64,000 nucleotides of DNA from a virus, in IMG/VR virus record IMGVR_UViG_3300046804_004738, positions 1 through 64,000 of that record; one strand, 5' to 3'. The notes beneath the pieces were generated by a model that did no database searches, was not told the origin of the DNA, and was given only the letters and a program-made list of their open reading frames with translations. Shown here in pieces: positions 48,249-59,207 of the stretch (position 1 is its first letter; each line of letters begins with the position of its first letter). A program made the position numbers and the translations under genes.

Positions 48249-51200
48249 ATGCCAATACCAGGACAAGAGAATATAAACATTGGCGCAGAAAATGAAGCGG
48301 AAAATAGCGACTCGCTCTTTATTGCGTTTAATAAAACACAAAACAACTTTTCTACACTTTTTGCACAATCAAGCCAATATACTAGCTTTGTAGGTAGTGA
48401 TGGTATCAGCACCACACTTAATAGTAACAACAAACAAGTTATAATTAACAATACAGGTGTCACACGTATTGCTGCAGGAACGGGAATCGCAGTAAATAGC
48501 GCAAATGGCAATGTAGTCATTTCTGTCATAGGATTAAGTAACGGAAACTTAGTCGCAGGTGTCACAAACGTTGGTATTACTAGTTCTACGCTACAAATAA
48601 TAAACAGTCCAGTAGTAAGTTCAGGAACAATAGGAGTTGATTTACCAGTCATAGCAAATATAATTCCAGGAACATACTCTAATCCTCTTATCCAAGTTGA
48701 TAATTATGGTAGAATTACCTCTGTACAAAACACATTCTCGACTGGTACAGTAACAAGTGTAGATATTCAAAATGGTTCAGGTATCTCTGTAAGTGGTGGA
48801 CCTATCACAAGTAATGGAACTATTACTGTAACAAACACTGGTGTGCGTAGGCTTAATCCAGGTCCTGGAATATTACTTACAGACACCACAGGTGAAATAA
48901 CAATCTCAGCAAACTTTTCTACATTCACAGGAACAGTTTCACGTGTTACTGTAGTTAGTAACACATTAACAGTAAGCAATCCTACTGTAACATTGGCTGG
49001 TAACATAAGAGTTGAATTACCTATTAATATTAGCGTAGCAGGAAATGTGACAGGAGGTGGCAATTTTAATGTTGGTCAAAGCGTATTCGTTGATGGTAAC
49101 GTAACCGCTAATGGAAGAATAACAGCAGGTAATATATCAGCAAGCGGTAATATTTTATCAAATGGTAATATTAGTATTAATAGTGCATCACGTTTAAGAA
49201 TACCAGGTGGAACGAATGGACAGGTTTTACAAACAGACGGAGCTGGTAATTTATCATTTGTCACTGTTACACAAAACACTGCTGCTGGGTTAGGTGCACC
49301 AGGCGCAAATACACAAATTTTATTTAATGATGGTGGCATTGTCAATGCAAATGCTAATTTAACTTTTAACAAGGCAACAGGAACTCTAACTGCTCCTAAC
49401 TTTTCTGGTAATATCAATGTAAACACTGCCAATTTTGTTTCTAATGCGATTCAAGCTAACATAACTACTTTGGGTAATTTAACCAGTTTAAGTGTGATTG
49501 GAAATATTATAGGAAACAATAATTTAAATATAAATGGCAACATAACAAGTAATTCATTTATATATGCTTTAACTCCAGCTGCGAATACCTCAAACAATCA
49601 AGTTGCAACAACAGCCTTTGTTGCAAATTATGTTGGTAATGCTCAATTTACTTCTAATTTATATGCACCTATTAATAGTCCTATTTTCACAGGAACACCT
49701 CAGGCGCCTACTTTAGATCAGACGTTGCCCGGAAGTAATGCATTAGCAACAACTGCATTTGTGAAATCTGCACTTGGTAATGCTAACATAAGTGGATATG
49801 CACCTATTAACAGTCCAGCATTTACTGGAATACCAACTGCACCAAATCCATCTGCTAATACAAGTTCTAATCAGATTGCCACAACATCGTTTGTTCAAAG
49901 TTTATTAGCGAACGCTAATATTGGTGGAAGTGGCACTACAGAATATGCAGGTACCATTCAACTATGGGCTGCAACAACACCTATGCCAGATAATACATGG
50001 ATGGTATGTGATGGTACAGAAGTCAGTAGAACTACATATGCAACATTGTTCAGTAGGATTGGAACTACATATGGTGCAGGTAATGGCACAACTACATTTA
50101 ATCTTCCTAACTTTACGAACAGATTTCCAGTTGGTGCAGGAAATCTCTATGCATTAGGTTCAACAGGTGGTTCAAAAGATGCTGTTGTAGTAAGCCATAC
50201 GCATTCGGTTACTGACCCCGGCCATCCTCACATTCTTCGCATTGGACAATCCGCCGGGACTTTGACACCTCAAATTGGCGGATGGAATTTTGCAGGAACA
50301 TTTAATGCCACAGCGTACTCTAATCATGTACAGTCTGCAAATACAAATATATCTATTGATAGTACAGGTGAACCGGGAACTAATAAAAATTTACCACCGT
50401 ATTTAGGTTTGATTTATATAATTAAAGTCACTGATACAGTTGGAAGTGGCGGGAGTAGCGGAGGTGGTAATGTTATTGTTACGGGATCAACCACTGCAAC
50501 TGCAGAAATATATCAATGGAACGCAACACAACCAGCCATACCAAGTGTTACATCTACTTACACTTGGGCTACAAGTTTATTCTCTCCAGTACCGTCAGGT
50601 TGGAGTACTACTCCCGGAACAACTGTAACACCTGGTGCAACTTTATGGGTAATACGTGTTACAGTTACAAAAACAGGCAGTGAGACAACAACAACGTTTA
50701 CATGGTCTGGTGGAACAATATCAGCATCAGGATATAACGGAACGAATGGAGTTGATGCTACCAAAACTGCAACAATTTCATTATACCAATGGTCTACTAC
50801 ACAACCAGCGAATCCTTCTGGAAATTCAACATATACTTGGTCTACAACTGTCAACACAGGCTACACAGGTGGAGCAGGTTGGCAAGTTAGTGTACCTGTA
50901 AATCCAGGTACAGCTGGATTACAATTATGGTCAGCTTCGAAAGGCATCACCGCAGCATCTAGTGTCACAAGTTCTACAGTAGATTGGTCATCAGGCTTTA
51001 CTGTACGTGCTGTAAGTATCAACGGTGAGGGTGGCCCAGGTGGCACACAATACGCAACACCAGAAGTTTATCAATGGGCAATTACAATACCAGCAGGGCC
51101 AACTGGTACATCGGTGTACACATGGAGTTCAGGATCATTCACTCCAGTTCCCTCAGGTTGGAGTACTTCAGGTGGCGCAGCACCTAGTCCTGGATTTACA

Positions 51201-54035
51201 CTTTACGCAGCGACAGTAAGATTAGCAGATTCAACGACAGTAAGCACAAGTAACATAAATTGGACGACAGCAACCATTGGAGCTATTGGATACGCAGGTC
51301 AAAATGGAAGTCCAGGTACCGCTGCTAAAGTTGTAACCCTTACATCGAACGGAGAATCAATTACTTTTGACGGTTCAGGTAATGCTGATCCAGCAAGCCA
51401 AACAATTACATTTACTGCATTATTAGAAAATATAACTGGTAATGCAACATTTACATGTGAAGCATTTAATTCGACAAATACATCACTTGGTAACATTACT
51501 TTAGGTGGAACAGTACCATCTAACATTAGAACACTTACTAACACACAATTTGTAACTTATCCAAATACAGCCTATGTTCGTGTTACAGCGACAGCAGACT
51601 CACGTAGCGACATAATTACAATTAATAGAATACAAGACGGTGCCGACAGTATAACTGGTTATTTGACAAATGAATCTGTAACATTGTCGGCTTCATCAGA
51701 TGGAACTGTAACAAATTTTGCTCCAGCTAATGGTGAGTTTAGAGTATTCGCAGGCTTACTAAACGTAACAACGTCTGCTACTTTCTCAGTAGTTTCAAGT
51801 ACGGGATGTACAGTTGCAATTAATACGTCTGGTGCCATTACCGTAAGTGCAATGACAAGCGATACTGCTACAGCAAATTTAAGAGCAGTATACAATAGCA
51901 TTACAATAGACAAAGTTTTATCACTCAGTAAATCACTAGCTGGTGCTGGAGGTGGTCCAGGAGTAAATGGTACACGTACTGCTATACTTGACATGTACAG
52001 AGTTGGTACTGCAACCCCTACTATTTTCCCATCAGGAACATCAACATATACTTGGGCTACTGGACAATTCACAGCTCCAGCAACACTTAATGGATGGTCT
52101 TTAACACCACCTGCACCAAGTGCTGGTCAAACCTTATACATCGTTAGACAGGTTTATGCTGATAATAACACAACACTTACGTCAAGTGTTACATGGAGTG
52201 CTGCTTCAGCTTTAATTTCTACTGTGTCAGGAATAAATGGTCTTCCAGGTACTAATGGTACAAGGACTGCAGTTTTAGAGGTTTATTTATGGGCAGCAAG
52301 TACCCCTACTAATTTCCCATCAGGAACATCAACATATACTTGGGCTACTGGTGCGTTTACTGCTCCTACTACTCCAAATGGTTGGTCTTTATTACCAGGT
52401 TCATCAACACCAGGATTTAATTTATATGCATGTAGCGTAACTTTTGCAGATACTAATACTACTGCCACATCTAGTGTAACATGGAATACAGCAACTGCCT
52501 ATGTCGTAGGATACGCAGGTACGAATGGTTCAAGTAGTCCTGGAGCGGAAGGTGCATCAGCAAGAATTTGTTACACAAAAACTACATTATCAAGTTTAGC
52601 ATCAACTCCAACAACAATTACTACAACAGGAAATTCTTCGTTCCCGCCTGCAAGTTCATGGGGCACAGGAACAAGTTGGCAGGGAACACCTCCTGCACTA
52701 AGTGCAGGTGAGTCACTATATCAATCAGATGGTATATATTCTCCTAGCACAGGAAATACTGTATGGAATGTTCCGTACCTATCATCATTAAAAGTTGGCT
52801 CACTATCAGCTATAACAGTTAACACAGGTGCATTAAGTGTTACAGATATTTTAACTGTTGGAACTACAGGAAAAATACAAGGTGGTCAAACAGACTATAA
52901 TACTGGAACAGGATTTTTCTTAGGATATTCAGGCGGAGCTTATAAATTTAGTATTGGTAACACTAGTCAAGGTTTGACTTGGAGCGGTTCTGGTTTAAGT
53001 ATTGGTGGTGGAACATTAACAAGTACCGCAATTTCGGGTGTATCAATAGACGGTAGTACATTTACAGGTGGAACCATAAGAACGTCTGCAACTAATCCTA
53101 GAGTTGAAATGAGCGCAGCAAGTAATGATTTCCGAGTTTATAACAGCAGTGGTACAGTATCAGTTAGAATGGGCGGAACTAATAATTTTGGTGCCACTTT
53201 AAGTGCTTTAGGTACAGCAAGCCAAGGTCCAACTATTACTGGTACGAATGATGGCGCTCCTGGTGTTCGTGGTAACGCTACAGGATTAGGCGAAGGTGTT
53301 TATGGATCATCTGTTAATGGTTATGGTGTTTTAGGTGAATCAAGTAGTAGTGAAGCTGTTCGAGGAGTTGCTACGGTAAAGGGTGGAGGGAATCATGGTG
53401 TTCGTGGATTAAACACTAATGGTTACGCTGCTGGTCAGAATTCGGCTGGTTTAGTTGGGGCTGCCAATGGATACAACTTTTATGCTGATGGAGCATCTCC
53501 ACTAGATTACGGTACATTTACAGGAGTTCATGATGCTTTATCTGAGTTAGCAGATACTTTTACAATAGGTGACATTGTGATAGATATAGAAATAATTGTA
53601 CATAGTTCGGTTTCATCGACTATTTCATTGGTAAAAACTAGCACTACGCCAAATCAAAGGGCTGCACTTGGAGTAGTATCTATGGAACCTAGGCCTTTAT
53701 CTGATTTTGCACCTAAAGCTTACATTCAAGGCTGGGGCGAAGATCCAATTACTAAAAAATATGGACAAATTATTCTTCCATGCTACAAGGATCATTCTAA
53801 AATTTATAATTTACTTGCAGTAAATGCATTAGGTGAAGGACAAATAAATGTTTGTGGAGAAAACGGGGATATTGAAGCAGGTGACTTAATTGTTACAAGT
53901 TCAATACCTGGTAAAGGTATGAAGCAGGCCGACGATATTGTTAGATCATATACTGTTGCAAGATCAAGAGAAGCAGTTACATTTAGTAGCCCAACTGAAG
54001 TAAAAATGATAGCTTGTATATTCTTATCGGGTTGA
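48249..54035 (+). CDS. Long tail fibre with collar domain, ~100-aa beta repeats and C-terminal autocleaving chaperone-like domain
   Basis: TAAATA 48226; SP-x-FTG-x-P-x-APT repeats; WMVCDG...LFSRIGTTYG...FNLP collar; FTGVHD and GEGQINVCGENGDIEAGDLI-x-TS at C-terminus. Confidence 0.88.
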   Translation: MPIPGQENINIGAENEAENSDSLFIAFNKTQNNFSTLFAQSSQYTSFVGSDGISTTLNSNNKQVIINNTGVTRIAAGTGIAVNSANGNVVISVIGLSNGNLVAGVTNVGITSSTLQIINSPVVSSGTIGVDLPVIANIIPGTYSNPLIQVDNYGRITSVQNTFSTGTVTSVDIQNGSGISVSGGPITSNGTITVTNTGVRRLNPGPGILLTDTTGEITISANFSTFTGTVSRVTVVSNTLTVSNPTVTLAGNIRVELPINISVAGNVTGGGNFNVGQSVFVDGNVTANGRITAGNISASGNILSNGNISINSASRLRIPGGTNGQVLQTDGAGNLSFVTVTQNTAAGLGAPGANTQILFNDGGIVNANANLTFNKATGTLTAPNFSGNINVNTANFVSNAIQANITTLGNLTSLSVIGNIIGNNNLNINGNITSNSFIYALTPAANTSNNQVATTAFVANYVGNAQFTSNLYAPINSPIFTGTPQAPTLDQTLPGSNALATTAFVKSALGNANISGYAPINSPAFTGIPTAPNPSANTSSNQIATTSFVQSLLANANIGGSGTTEYAGTIQLWAATTPMPDNTWMVCDGTEVSRTTYATLFSRIGTTYGAGNGTTTFNLPNFTNRFPVGAGNLYALGSTGGSKDAVVVSHTHSVTDPGHPHILRIGQSAGTLTPQIGGWNFAGTFNATAYSNHVQSANTNISIDSTGEPGTNKNLPPYLGLIYIIKVTDTVGSGGSSGGGNVIVTGSTTATAEIYQWNATQPAIPSVTSTYTWATSLFSPVPSGWSTTPGTTVTPGATLWVIRVTVTKTGSETTTTFTWSGGTISASGYNGTNGVDATKTATISLYQWSTTQPANPSGNSTYTWSTTVNTGYTGGAGWQVSVPVNPGTAGLQLWSASKGITAASSVTSSTVDWSSGFTVRAVSINGEGGPGGTQYATPEVYQWAITIPAGPTGTSVYTWSSGSFTPVPSGWSTSGGAAPSPGFTLYAATVRLADSTTVSTSNINWTTATIGAIGYAGQNGSPGTAAKVVTLTSNGESITFDGSGNADPASQTITFTALLENITGNATFTCEAFNSTNTSLGNITLGGTVPSNIRTLTNTQFVTYPNTAYVRVTATADSRSDIITINRIQDGADSITGYLTNESVTLSASSDGTVTNFAPANGEFRVFAGLLNVTTSATFSVVSSTGCTVAINTSGAITVSAMTSDTATANLRAVYNSITIDKVLSLSKSLAGAGGGPGVNGTRTAILDMYRVGTATPTIFPSGTSTYTWATGQFTAPATLNGWSLTPPAPSAGQTLYIVRQVYADNNTTLTSSVTWSAASALISTVSGINGLPGTNGTRTAVLEVYLWAASTPTNFPSGTSTYTWATGAFTAPTTPNGWSLLPGSSTPGFNLYACSVTFADTNTTATSSVTWNTATAYVVGYAGTNGSSSPGAEGASARICYTKTTLSSLASTPTTITTTGNSSFPPASSWGTGTSWQGTPPALSAGESLYQSDGIYSPSTGNTVWNVPYLSSLKVGSLSAITVNTGALSVTDILTVGTTGKIQGGQTDYNTGTGFFLGYSGGAYKFSIGNTSQGLTWSGSGLSIGGGTLTSTAISGVSIDGSTFTGGTIRTSATNPRVEMSAASNDFRVYNSSGTVSVRMGGTNNFGATLSALGTASQGPTITGTNDGAPGVRGNATGLGEGVYGSSVNGYGVLGESSSSEAVRGVATVKGGGNHGVRGLNTNGYAAGQNSAGLVGAANGYNFYADGASPLDYGTFTGVHDALSELADTFTIGDIVIDIEIIVHSSVSSTISLVKTSTTPNQRAALGVVSMEPRPLSDFAPKAYIQGWGEDPITKKYGQIILPCYKDHSKIYNLLAVNALGEGQINVCGENGDIEAGDLIVTSSIPGKGMKQADDIVRSYTVARSREAVTFSSPTEVKMIACIFLSG
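52025..52351 (+). repeat. Exact 39-bp direct repeat between adjacent fibre modules
   Basis: tttcccatcaggaacatcaacatatacttgggctactgg at 52025 and 52313. Confidence 0.85.
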
Positions 54036-54096
54036 TTTAATACGACTTATTTTTGCTCCATTTTTGCTAAATACAGTATAAAGGAGCAAAAAGAAA

Positions 54097-57000
54097 ATGG
54101 CTATACCTACACCAGCACAAACTATAATCGACACAAATTCTGATCCAGCATTGACAGTATATGGAGATAGTGTTCCTGGAGTAATTACTTCAGGAAACGT
54201 TACAGTCAACATTACAAATGTTGAGGAAATAACGCAAACCTCTGTTATTAATCAAACATTAAACAACGCTGCGGGGGGAACCAACTCAAGTGTCCAATTC
54301 AACATAAACAATCAATTAGTAGGTGACTCAGGTTTAACATACGATCCTAACACTGATAATTTAACTGTAGCTGGAAATGTTACGGCAGGCAACTTTGTTG
54401 GCAGTGGCTCACAATTAAGAAATTTACCTGCAGGAAATATTATAGGCTCAGTCGCAGTTGCTCAATTTGCATCAACTGCTGAGACAGTTTCTAATAGTTC
54501 ACAACCTAATATTACAACAATTGGTACATTAAATTCTCTAAATGTATCTGGAAATGCAGCGATAAACACAGTTAAAACAAATAACTTACAATACGCTAAC
54601 GGAGAACCTTGGATATTTGACTTAGGTACAGGTAACATACTTTTTGCTGGCAGTACAATTTATAGTGAATCAAATAGCACCATATTAATCAGCCCAAGTT
54701 ACTCTCAAAATGCTTCAGCAACGATTTCGGTTCCTAGTGATGCTGATGCGGTTGGTAACAATCTATCAATCACAAATCAGTTAAACGGGGTGACAGTTAC
54801 AACAGGAAACGGTAATGCAACATTTAATTACAACTTTTCAAATACAGGATCATTATCTATTCCTGGTAGTATAAATGTAACAAATGCAGCGTTTACACTA
54901 TCAACTAACACAGCAAACAATATAACCTTAGCAACACAGAATGGAAATGATGCAAATAGTGTTACGGTTCAATTAGATAACGGCAATGGATTAAACTTAA
55001 AAACAGCAAATGGTACTTATGTTTGGAGTTTCGATGACACCGGTAATGTTACTTTGCCTTCAGGTAACCCTACAATAATTGGTGGAGGCAATACTGGAAT
55101 TGACGGTTATGGAATACTAAATTTAATTCCAGATTCAACGGTAGGTCTAGTAGCAAACAATCAAACAATAATTATTGATCCAGTAGGGACAGATGAAATT
55201 CATATTAGAGCAGGTGGCACACCAGATGCCAGTGGATCAGAATTATATTTAGGAGCGCAAAACACTTTTGTAAGATTATCTGACACAACAGGTGCAGTTA
55301 CATTAAGAAGTAATGATTTAGTTGGAAACACGTTTGATTTTGCGTTTTCTAACACAGGTAATTTAAATGTTCCATCTAATTTTAGCGCAGTAGGAAATAT
55401 CATAGGTGGAAGATTACAAGTATCTGGTAATGTAAACTCAACAAATGTATTATCCACTGGTATTGTTAGTGCAACAGGTAATATAAGTGGTGGTAATTTA
55501 AGCATAACTGGTAATATTAATGCAGGTAATTTAATTGGTAACGGTAGTAACTTAACAAACTTGCCATCACAATTAGGTAACTTCCAAATTAGCACAAGTA
55601 CATTAACAGTAAACGACAATTCACTAGACATTACTATCACAACTGGTAGTGCTAATGCAGGACAACCAAATGGTCAAGATATTAATATCAATACAGCAAA
55701 TGGATTCAATACTGGCAATGGTGGTGTAATAAATGTTGTAGCTGGAAACTCAGGTCCTAATGGTACAGGGTCAGGTGGAACACTTAATCTTTCAGCTGGT
55801 CAAGGATTTGTATCGGGTGCAGGTGGTAACCTAAGTATCAGTGCAGGTTCAAGTAATGGATCAGGCAATGGTGGAATGTTAATGATTCAATCTGGTTCAA
55901 GTTCAACCGGAGATGGCGGCGATATTGAAATTACATCTGGCTCAGGTGATGCAGGTGGAAATATTACGATTGAAGCATCTACAGGCGCAAATACAAATGG
56001 AATCATTTCATTAATTTCTAACGGTAATAGTACTTACACCTTTAACGATAATGTGTTAGAATTACCAAACACAAATGGTGAAGCATACATTCAGATAGGA
56101 AATGAATATCCTGTTATTATGTCATATGGATCAGGCTCTCATGGAGGTCCTGAGATTAGCTGGTTAAATGCTGATGATCCTATAACTGATTACGGTAACG
56201 TATCTGTAATTAGAAATACATTATACTTAAATAATCAACAATTTTATGTAGGTTTCAATGAGAACGGAAATGTAACTCCTGGATTCAATGGCGCATTTAC
56301 AATGGCTGCTGCTGATGGATTAGTTACTGCTCCTGCTGATATGAGTGTAATAGGAAACTTAGCAGCAGGTAACATAACAACGATTGGATCAGGTGGAAAT
56401 ATAAGTGGTGCCAACGTAGTGTCCGCAAATCTGTTTCAAGGTAACTTAAGCGCATTAGGTAACATTGAGGGCAATATTGTTGTAGGTAACTTTTTGTATG
56501 GCGACGGTTCAAACATTGTGAACGTAACAAGTACTGGCTTCTCAAATGGCAATAGTAACATCGGTATCATAAACAATGCTAATATTACATTCTCATCAGC
56601 AGGCAATGCCAATGTATTAGAAATTAATGGCGCTGGGGCAGTGTTTACCGGTTACCTAAGTGTTACAGGTGATATAAGTGCGGCAAACTTAGTTGGTCCA
56701 CATACAGCTGGTAACAGTAATATAGTAATCACTACAAATGGTAATATTACATTTACCTCAAACAGTAATGCTACAATGGTTGTTACTAATACTGGTGCAA
56801 ATGTAACTGGTTATGTTGATGCAACATATTTTGTAGGTGATGGTGCTAACTTGACTGGCATCACACTTGCTAATTTGGATAACGGTAACAGTAATGTTGT
56901 AATTACGGCTAATGCAAACGTAACTGTTTCATCAAATGGTAATGCAAACGTAGTTGTTGTGTCTGGTCAAGGTGCTAACGTAACTGGATGGGTAGATGCA

Positions 57001-57582
57001 ACTTACTTTGTAGGCGATGGAGCTAACTTAACTGGTATTACTTTAGCTAATTTAGATAATGGAAACAGTAATGTAGTTGTATCTGCTAACGGTAATGTAA
57101 CTATTACTAGTGTAAGTAACGCTACAATGACAATTACTGATACTGGTACTAACGTATCTGGTTATGTTGATGCAACTTACTTTGTAGGTGATGGGGCTAA
57201 CTTAACAGGTATTACTTTAGCCAATTTAGATAATGGTAATAGTAATATCGTTATCACTGCTAACGCTAACATAACATTTACTAGTTCAGCAAATGCTACA
57301 ATGGTTATCACTGACCTTGGTGCTAACATTACTGGATATGCGAATGTTAGTGGTAATGCTAATATTGGTAATATTGGAACAGGTGGTATTGTATCGGCTA
57401 CAGGTAACATTACTGGTGCAAAAGTTTCTGCTACAGTAGCTATTCAGTTACCAGTATACGCTGATGGCACTGCACGTGATGCTGCAATTACAAGTCCGGC
57501 AGCTGGTATGCTTGTATTCAGCACGGCAGACGGCTTCCAAGGTTACGACGGAAGTGCTTGGGGTAACATAACGTTAACATAA
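54097..57582 (+). CDS. Asn/Gly/Thr-rich tail fibre or virion surface protein
   Basis: TAAATA 54068, AAGGAG; GNIT/ANVT repeats; C-terminal LPVY...R-x-A-I...GM...FQGYDG-x-x-W. Confidence 0.78.
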   Translation: MAIPTPAQTIIDTNSDPALTVYGDSVPGVITSGNVTVNITNVEEITQTSVINQTLNNAAGGTNSSVQFNINNQLVGDSGLTYDPNTDNLTVAGNVTAGNFVGSGSQLRNLPAGNIIGSVAVAQFASTAETVSNSSQPNITTIGTLNSLNVSGNAAINTVKTNNLQYANGEPWIFDLGTGNILFAGSTIYSESNSTILISPSYSQNASATISVPSDADAVGNNLSITNQLNGVTVTTGNGNATFNYNFSNTGSLSIPGSINVTNAAFTLSTNTANNITLATQNGNDANSVTVQLDNGNGLNLKTANGTYVWSFDDTGNVTLPSGNPTIIGGGNTGIDGYGILNLIPDSTVGLVANNQTIIIDPVGTDEIHIRAGGTPDASGSELYLGAQNTFVRLSDTTGAVTLRSNDLVGNTFDFAFSNTGNLNVPSNFSAVGNIIGGRLQVSGNVNSTNVLSTGIVSATGNISGGNLSITGNINAGNLIGNGSNLTNLPSQLGNFQISTSTLTVNDNSLDITITTGSANAGQPNGQDININTANGFNTGNGGVINVVAGNSGPNGTGSGGTLNLSAGQGFVSGAGGNLSISAGSSNGSGNGGMLMIQSGSSSTGDGGDIEITSGSGDAGGNITIEASTGANTNGIISLISNGNSTYTFNDNVLELPNTNGEAYIQIGNEYPVIMSYGSGSHGGPEISWLNADDPITDYGNVSVIRNTLYLNNQQFYVGFNENGNVTPGFNGAFTMAAADGLVTAPADMSVIGNLAAGNITTIGSGGNISGANVVSANLFQGNLSALGNIEGNIVVGNFLYGDGSNIVNVTSTGFSNGNSNIGIINNANITFSSAGNANVLEINGAGAVFTGYLSVTGDISAANLVGPHTAGNSNIVITTNGNITFTSNSNATMVVTNTGANVTGYVDATYFVGDGANLTGITLANLDNGNSNVVITANANVTVSSNGNANVVVVSGQGANVTGWVDATYFVGDGANLTGITLANLDNGNSNVVVSANGNVTITSVSNATMTITDTGTNVSGYVDATYFVGDGANLTGITLANLDNGNSNIVITANANITFTSSANATMVITDLGANITGYANVSGNANIGNIGTGGIVSATGNITGAKVSATVAIQLPVYADGTARDAAITSPAAGMLVFSTADGFQGYDGSAWGNITLT
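56809..57260 (+). repeat. Three tandem ~58-aa repeats (GYVDATYFVGDGANLTGITLANLDNGNSN)
   Basis: Units start at 56809, 56986 and 57160 (periods 177 and 174 bp). Confidence 0.88.
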
Positions 57583-57583
57583 T

Positions 57584-58282
57584 ATGGGAATTTTTGTAGG
57601 TGGCGGAATTATATTAGGCGCAGGAGTAACACTTACGTCACCTACTCCCCCAGTACCTGGTAGTATAGAATTTTCAAATGGTGCCACAGACGGATTAACA
57701 CTTCCTGCAGTGTTAGACCTAACTGACACAAACACATTTACAGTTGAAGTTTGGATATATCCAACTGTTTATAATTCAACAACAGTTATTATAGGGGACA
57801 TATCAGGAGGAACTACTGATTGGCATTTATCTATTCAGTCAGACGTTTTAGTTTTTTATTGGACTGACGGCATAGGTAGTCTTACAAGCACAGGCGATAC
57901 TGAAATTTTAGTAGATGAATGGACTCACGTTGCACTAAGTGTAAATAGTAATTACATAAGAATGTTTGTCAATGGGGCAATACAAGGTATAACAGGAGAA
58001 TCATTTTTTACTAATACTGCGAGTACAACAAATCAATTGGTTATTGGTAATCAATCATTTAATGCATATGATGCATTTTTAGGTTATATGACAAATGTAA
58101 GAATAAATAACACAACATCATTGTATAACGATAGTTTTACTCCAACAATACCACTTATAGATGTTGTCGGTACGCAATTATTGTTATTGGCAAATAGCAC
58201 TGCACCATTTACGGATTCCAGCAATACAGGAACAATTGTAACGAATTTAGGTAGTGTCGCTTATAACGTAGCATATCCATAA
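57584..58282 (+). CDS. LamG/concanavalin-A-like lectin domain protein
   Basis: FTVEVWIYP, WTHVAL, MFVNG, LVIG, F-x-GYM-x-NVRI. Confidence 0.85.
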   Translation: MGIFVGGGIILGAGVTLTSPTPPVPGSIEFSNGATDGLTLPAVLDLTDTNTFTVEVWIYPTVYNSTTVIIGDISGGTTDWHLSIQSDVLVFYWTDGIGSLTSTGDTEILVDEWTHVALSVNSNYIRMFVNGAIQGITGESFFTNTASTTNQLVIGNQSFNAYDAFLGYMTNVRINNTTSLYNDSFTPTIPLIDVVGTQLLLLANSTAPFTDSSNTGTIVTNLGSVAYNVAYP

Positions 58283-58306
58283 AAAAAGCCCCTGAGGGCT
58301 TTTTTT
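58281..58306. terminator. Bidirectional intrinsic terminator at strand switch
   Basis: aaaaaaagccc-ctga-gggcttttttt between convergent genes. Confidence 0.9.
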
Positions 58307-58310
58307 ATTT

Positions 58311-58717
58311 TCATTTTAACTGTTTCAACATATAATCAGCATATTTACTATCACACATAGAAACAACATCGCTGTGAGGCCATTCTAAATAGAATGGACA
58401 TCCATTTTCCCATCTAAAATTTTCTTTAAAATGTTTAAATGCTTCTAAATCTTCACGTTTGCTAGGATCAAAATAACGCCTACGTTGAGCGTATCTATGT
58501 AAAATAGTTATGCTATCGTAGGAATTCATTAAGTGCGTTCCATTGATGTAGCTTCAGTAATTAATTTAACAACTTGATCCAAATCGCTACACAGAATTTT
58601 TACGCCAGACCAATCGTCATTATCATTACGCCCATTTACTTCAAAGAGAAAACCATTGTCGTACATGCGAATATTCATATCCTCATCTACTTTGGTAAGT
58701 TTATCAGAAATTTTCAT
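58311..58717 (-). CDS. Two small hypothetical genes (58311-58529, 58529-58717)
   Basis: ORF track; AAGGA RBS. Confidence 0.65.
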
Positions 58718-58731
58718 AGTTATCCTTTAAC

Positions 58732-58757
58732 AAAAATAGGACACCCTAAGGTGTCCT
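58732..58757 (-). terminator. Intrinsic terminator
   Basis: aggacacc-ttag-ggtgtcct-attttt on the - strand. Confidence 0.82.
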
Positions 58758-58767
58758 GTACCTTAAA

Positions 58768-59103
58768 TTACGCAGCAACTTTTGATTTGCCGCGTTGCTT
58801 AATGCTATCAAGACTAGGCTTAGCTGCCTTGACTTTTACTTCGCTCTTAGGAGCTTTTTCACGATCAGCAATTGCATCACCGATCAACGATTGATCAACA
58901 GGATTCTGAAAATCCGAATGTGCCTGAAGATATTTAAGTGCATCCAACTTAGTCATTGCACTAGGCAATTCCATCAAATCGATGCGAGTCGCACCACCCT
59001 TAGTAAACTGCTTAACACGGCGAATCAAATCATCAGTAAAGCGAACCTTACTGTTACCGTTGTGAGTAGTGATACCTGCTACTTTGAACAATTGTTCAGT
59101 CAT
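58768..59103 (-). CDS. Small phage protein with basic C-terminal tail (monocistronic)
   Basis: FKVAG-x-T...KVRF-x-x-D...I-x-L-x-ELP-x-x-MTK; own promoter and terminator. Confidence 0.7.
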   Translation of the reverse strand: MTEQLFKVAGITTHNGNSKVRFTDDLIRRVKQFTKGGATRIDLMELPSAMTKLDALKYLQAHSDFQNPVDQSLIGDAIADREKAPKSEVKVKAAKPSLDSIKQRGKSKVAA

Positions 59104-59153
59104 AATTACCTCATAAGGTTGTTAATAAAAAGTTGTGTTGTCACACAGTTATA

Positions 59154-59194
59154 ATGATAACACCGGTCATAGTTATTGTCAATAACCGGTGTTA
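59154..59194 (-). promoter_or_regulatory. Sigma70 promoter overlapped by a 10-bp inverted repeat (operator-like)
   Basis: TTGACA(59182-77)-17bp-TATCAT; taacaccggt 59158-67 / accggtgtta 59185-94. Confidence 0.7.
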
Positions 59195-59207
59195 CCAAAA
59201 TTCTAAT

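Noticed and set aside
48212-57410. Many long antisense ORFs within fibre genes (and within clpX, ligase and others)
   Set aside because: Shadow frames produced by codon bias of the sense genes; no RBS or recognisable motifs.
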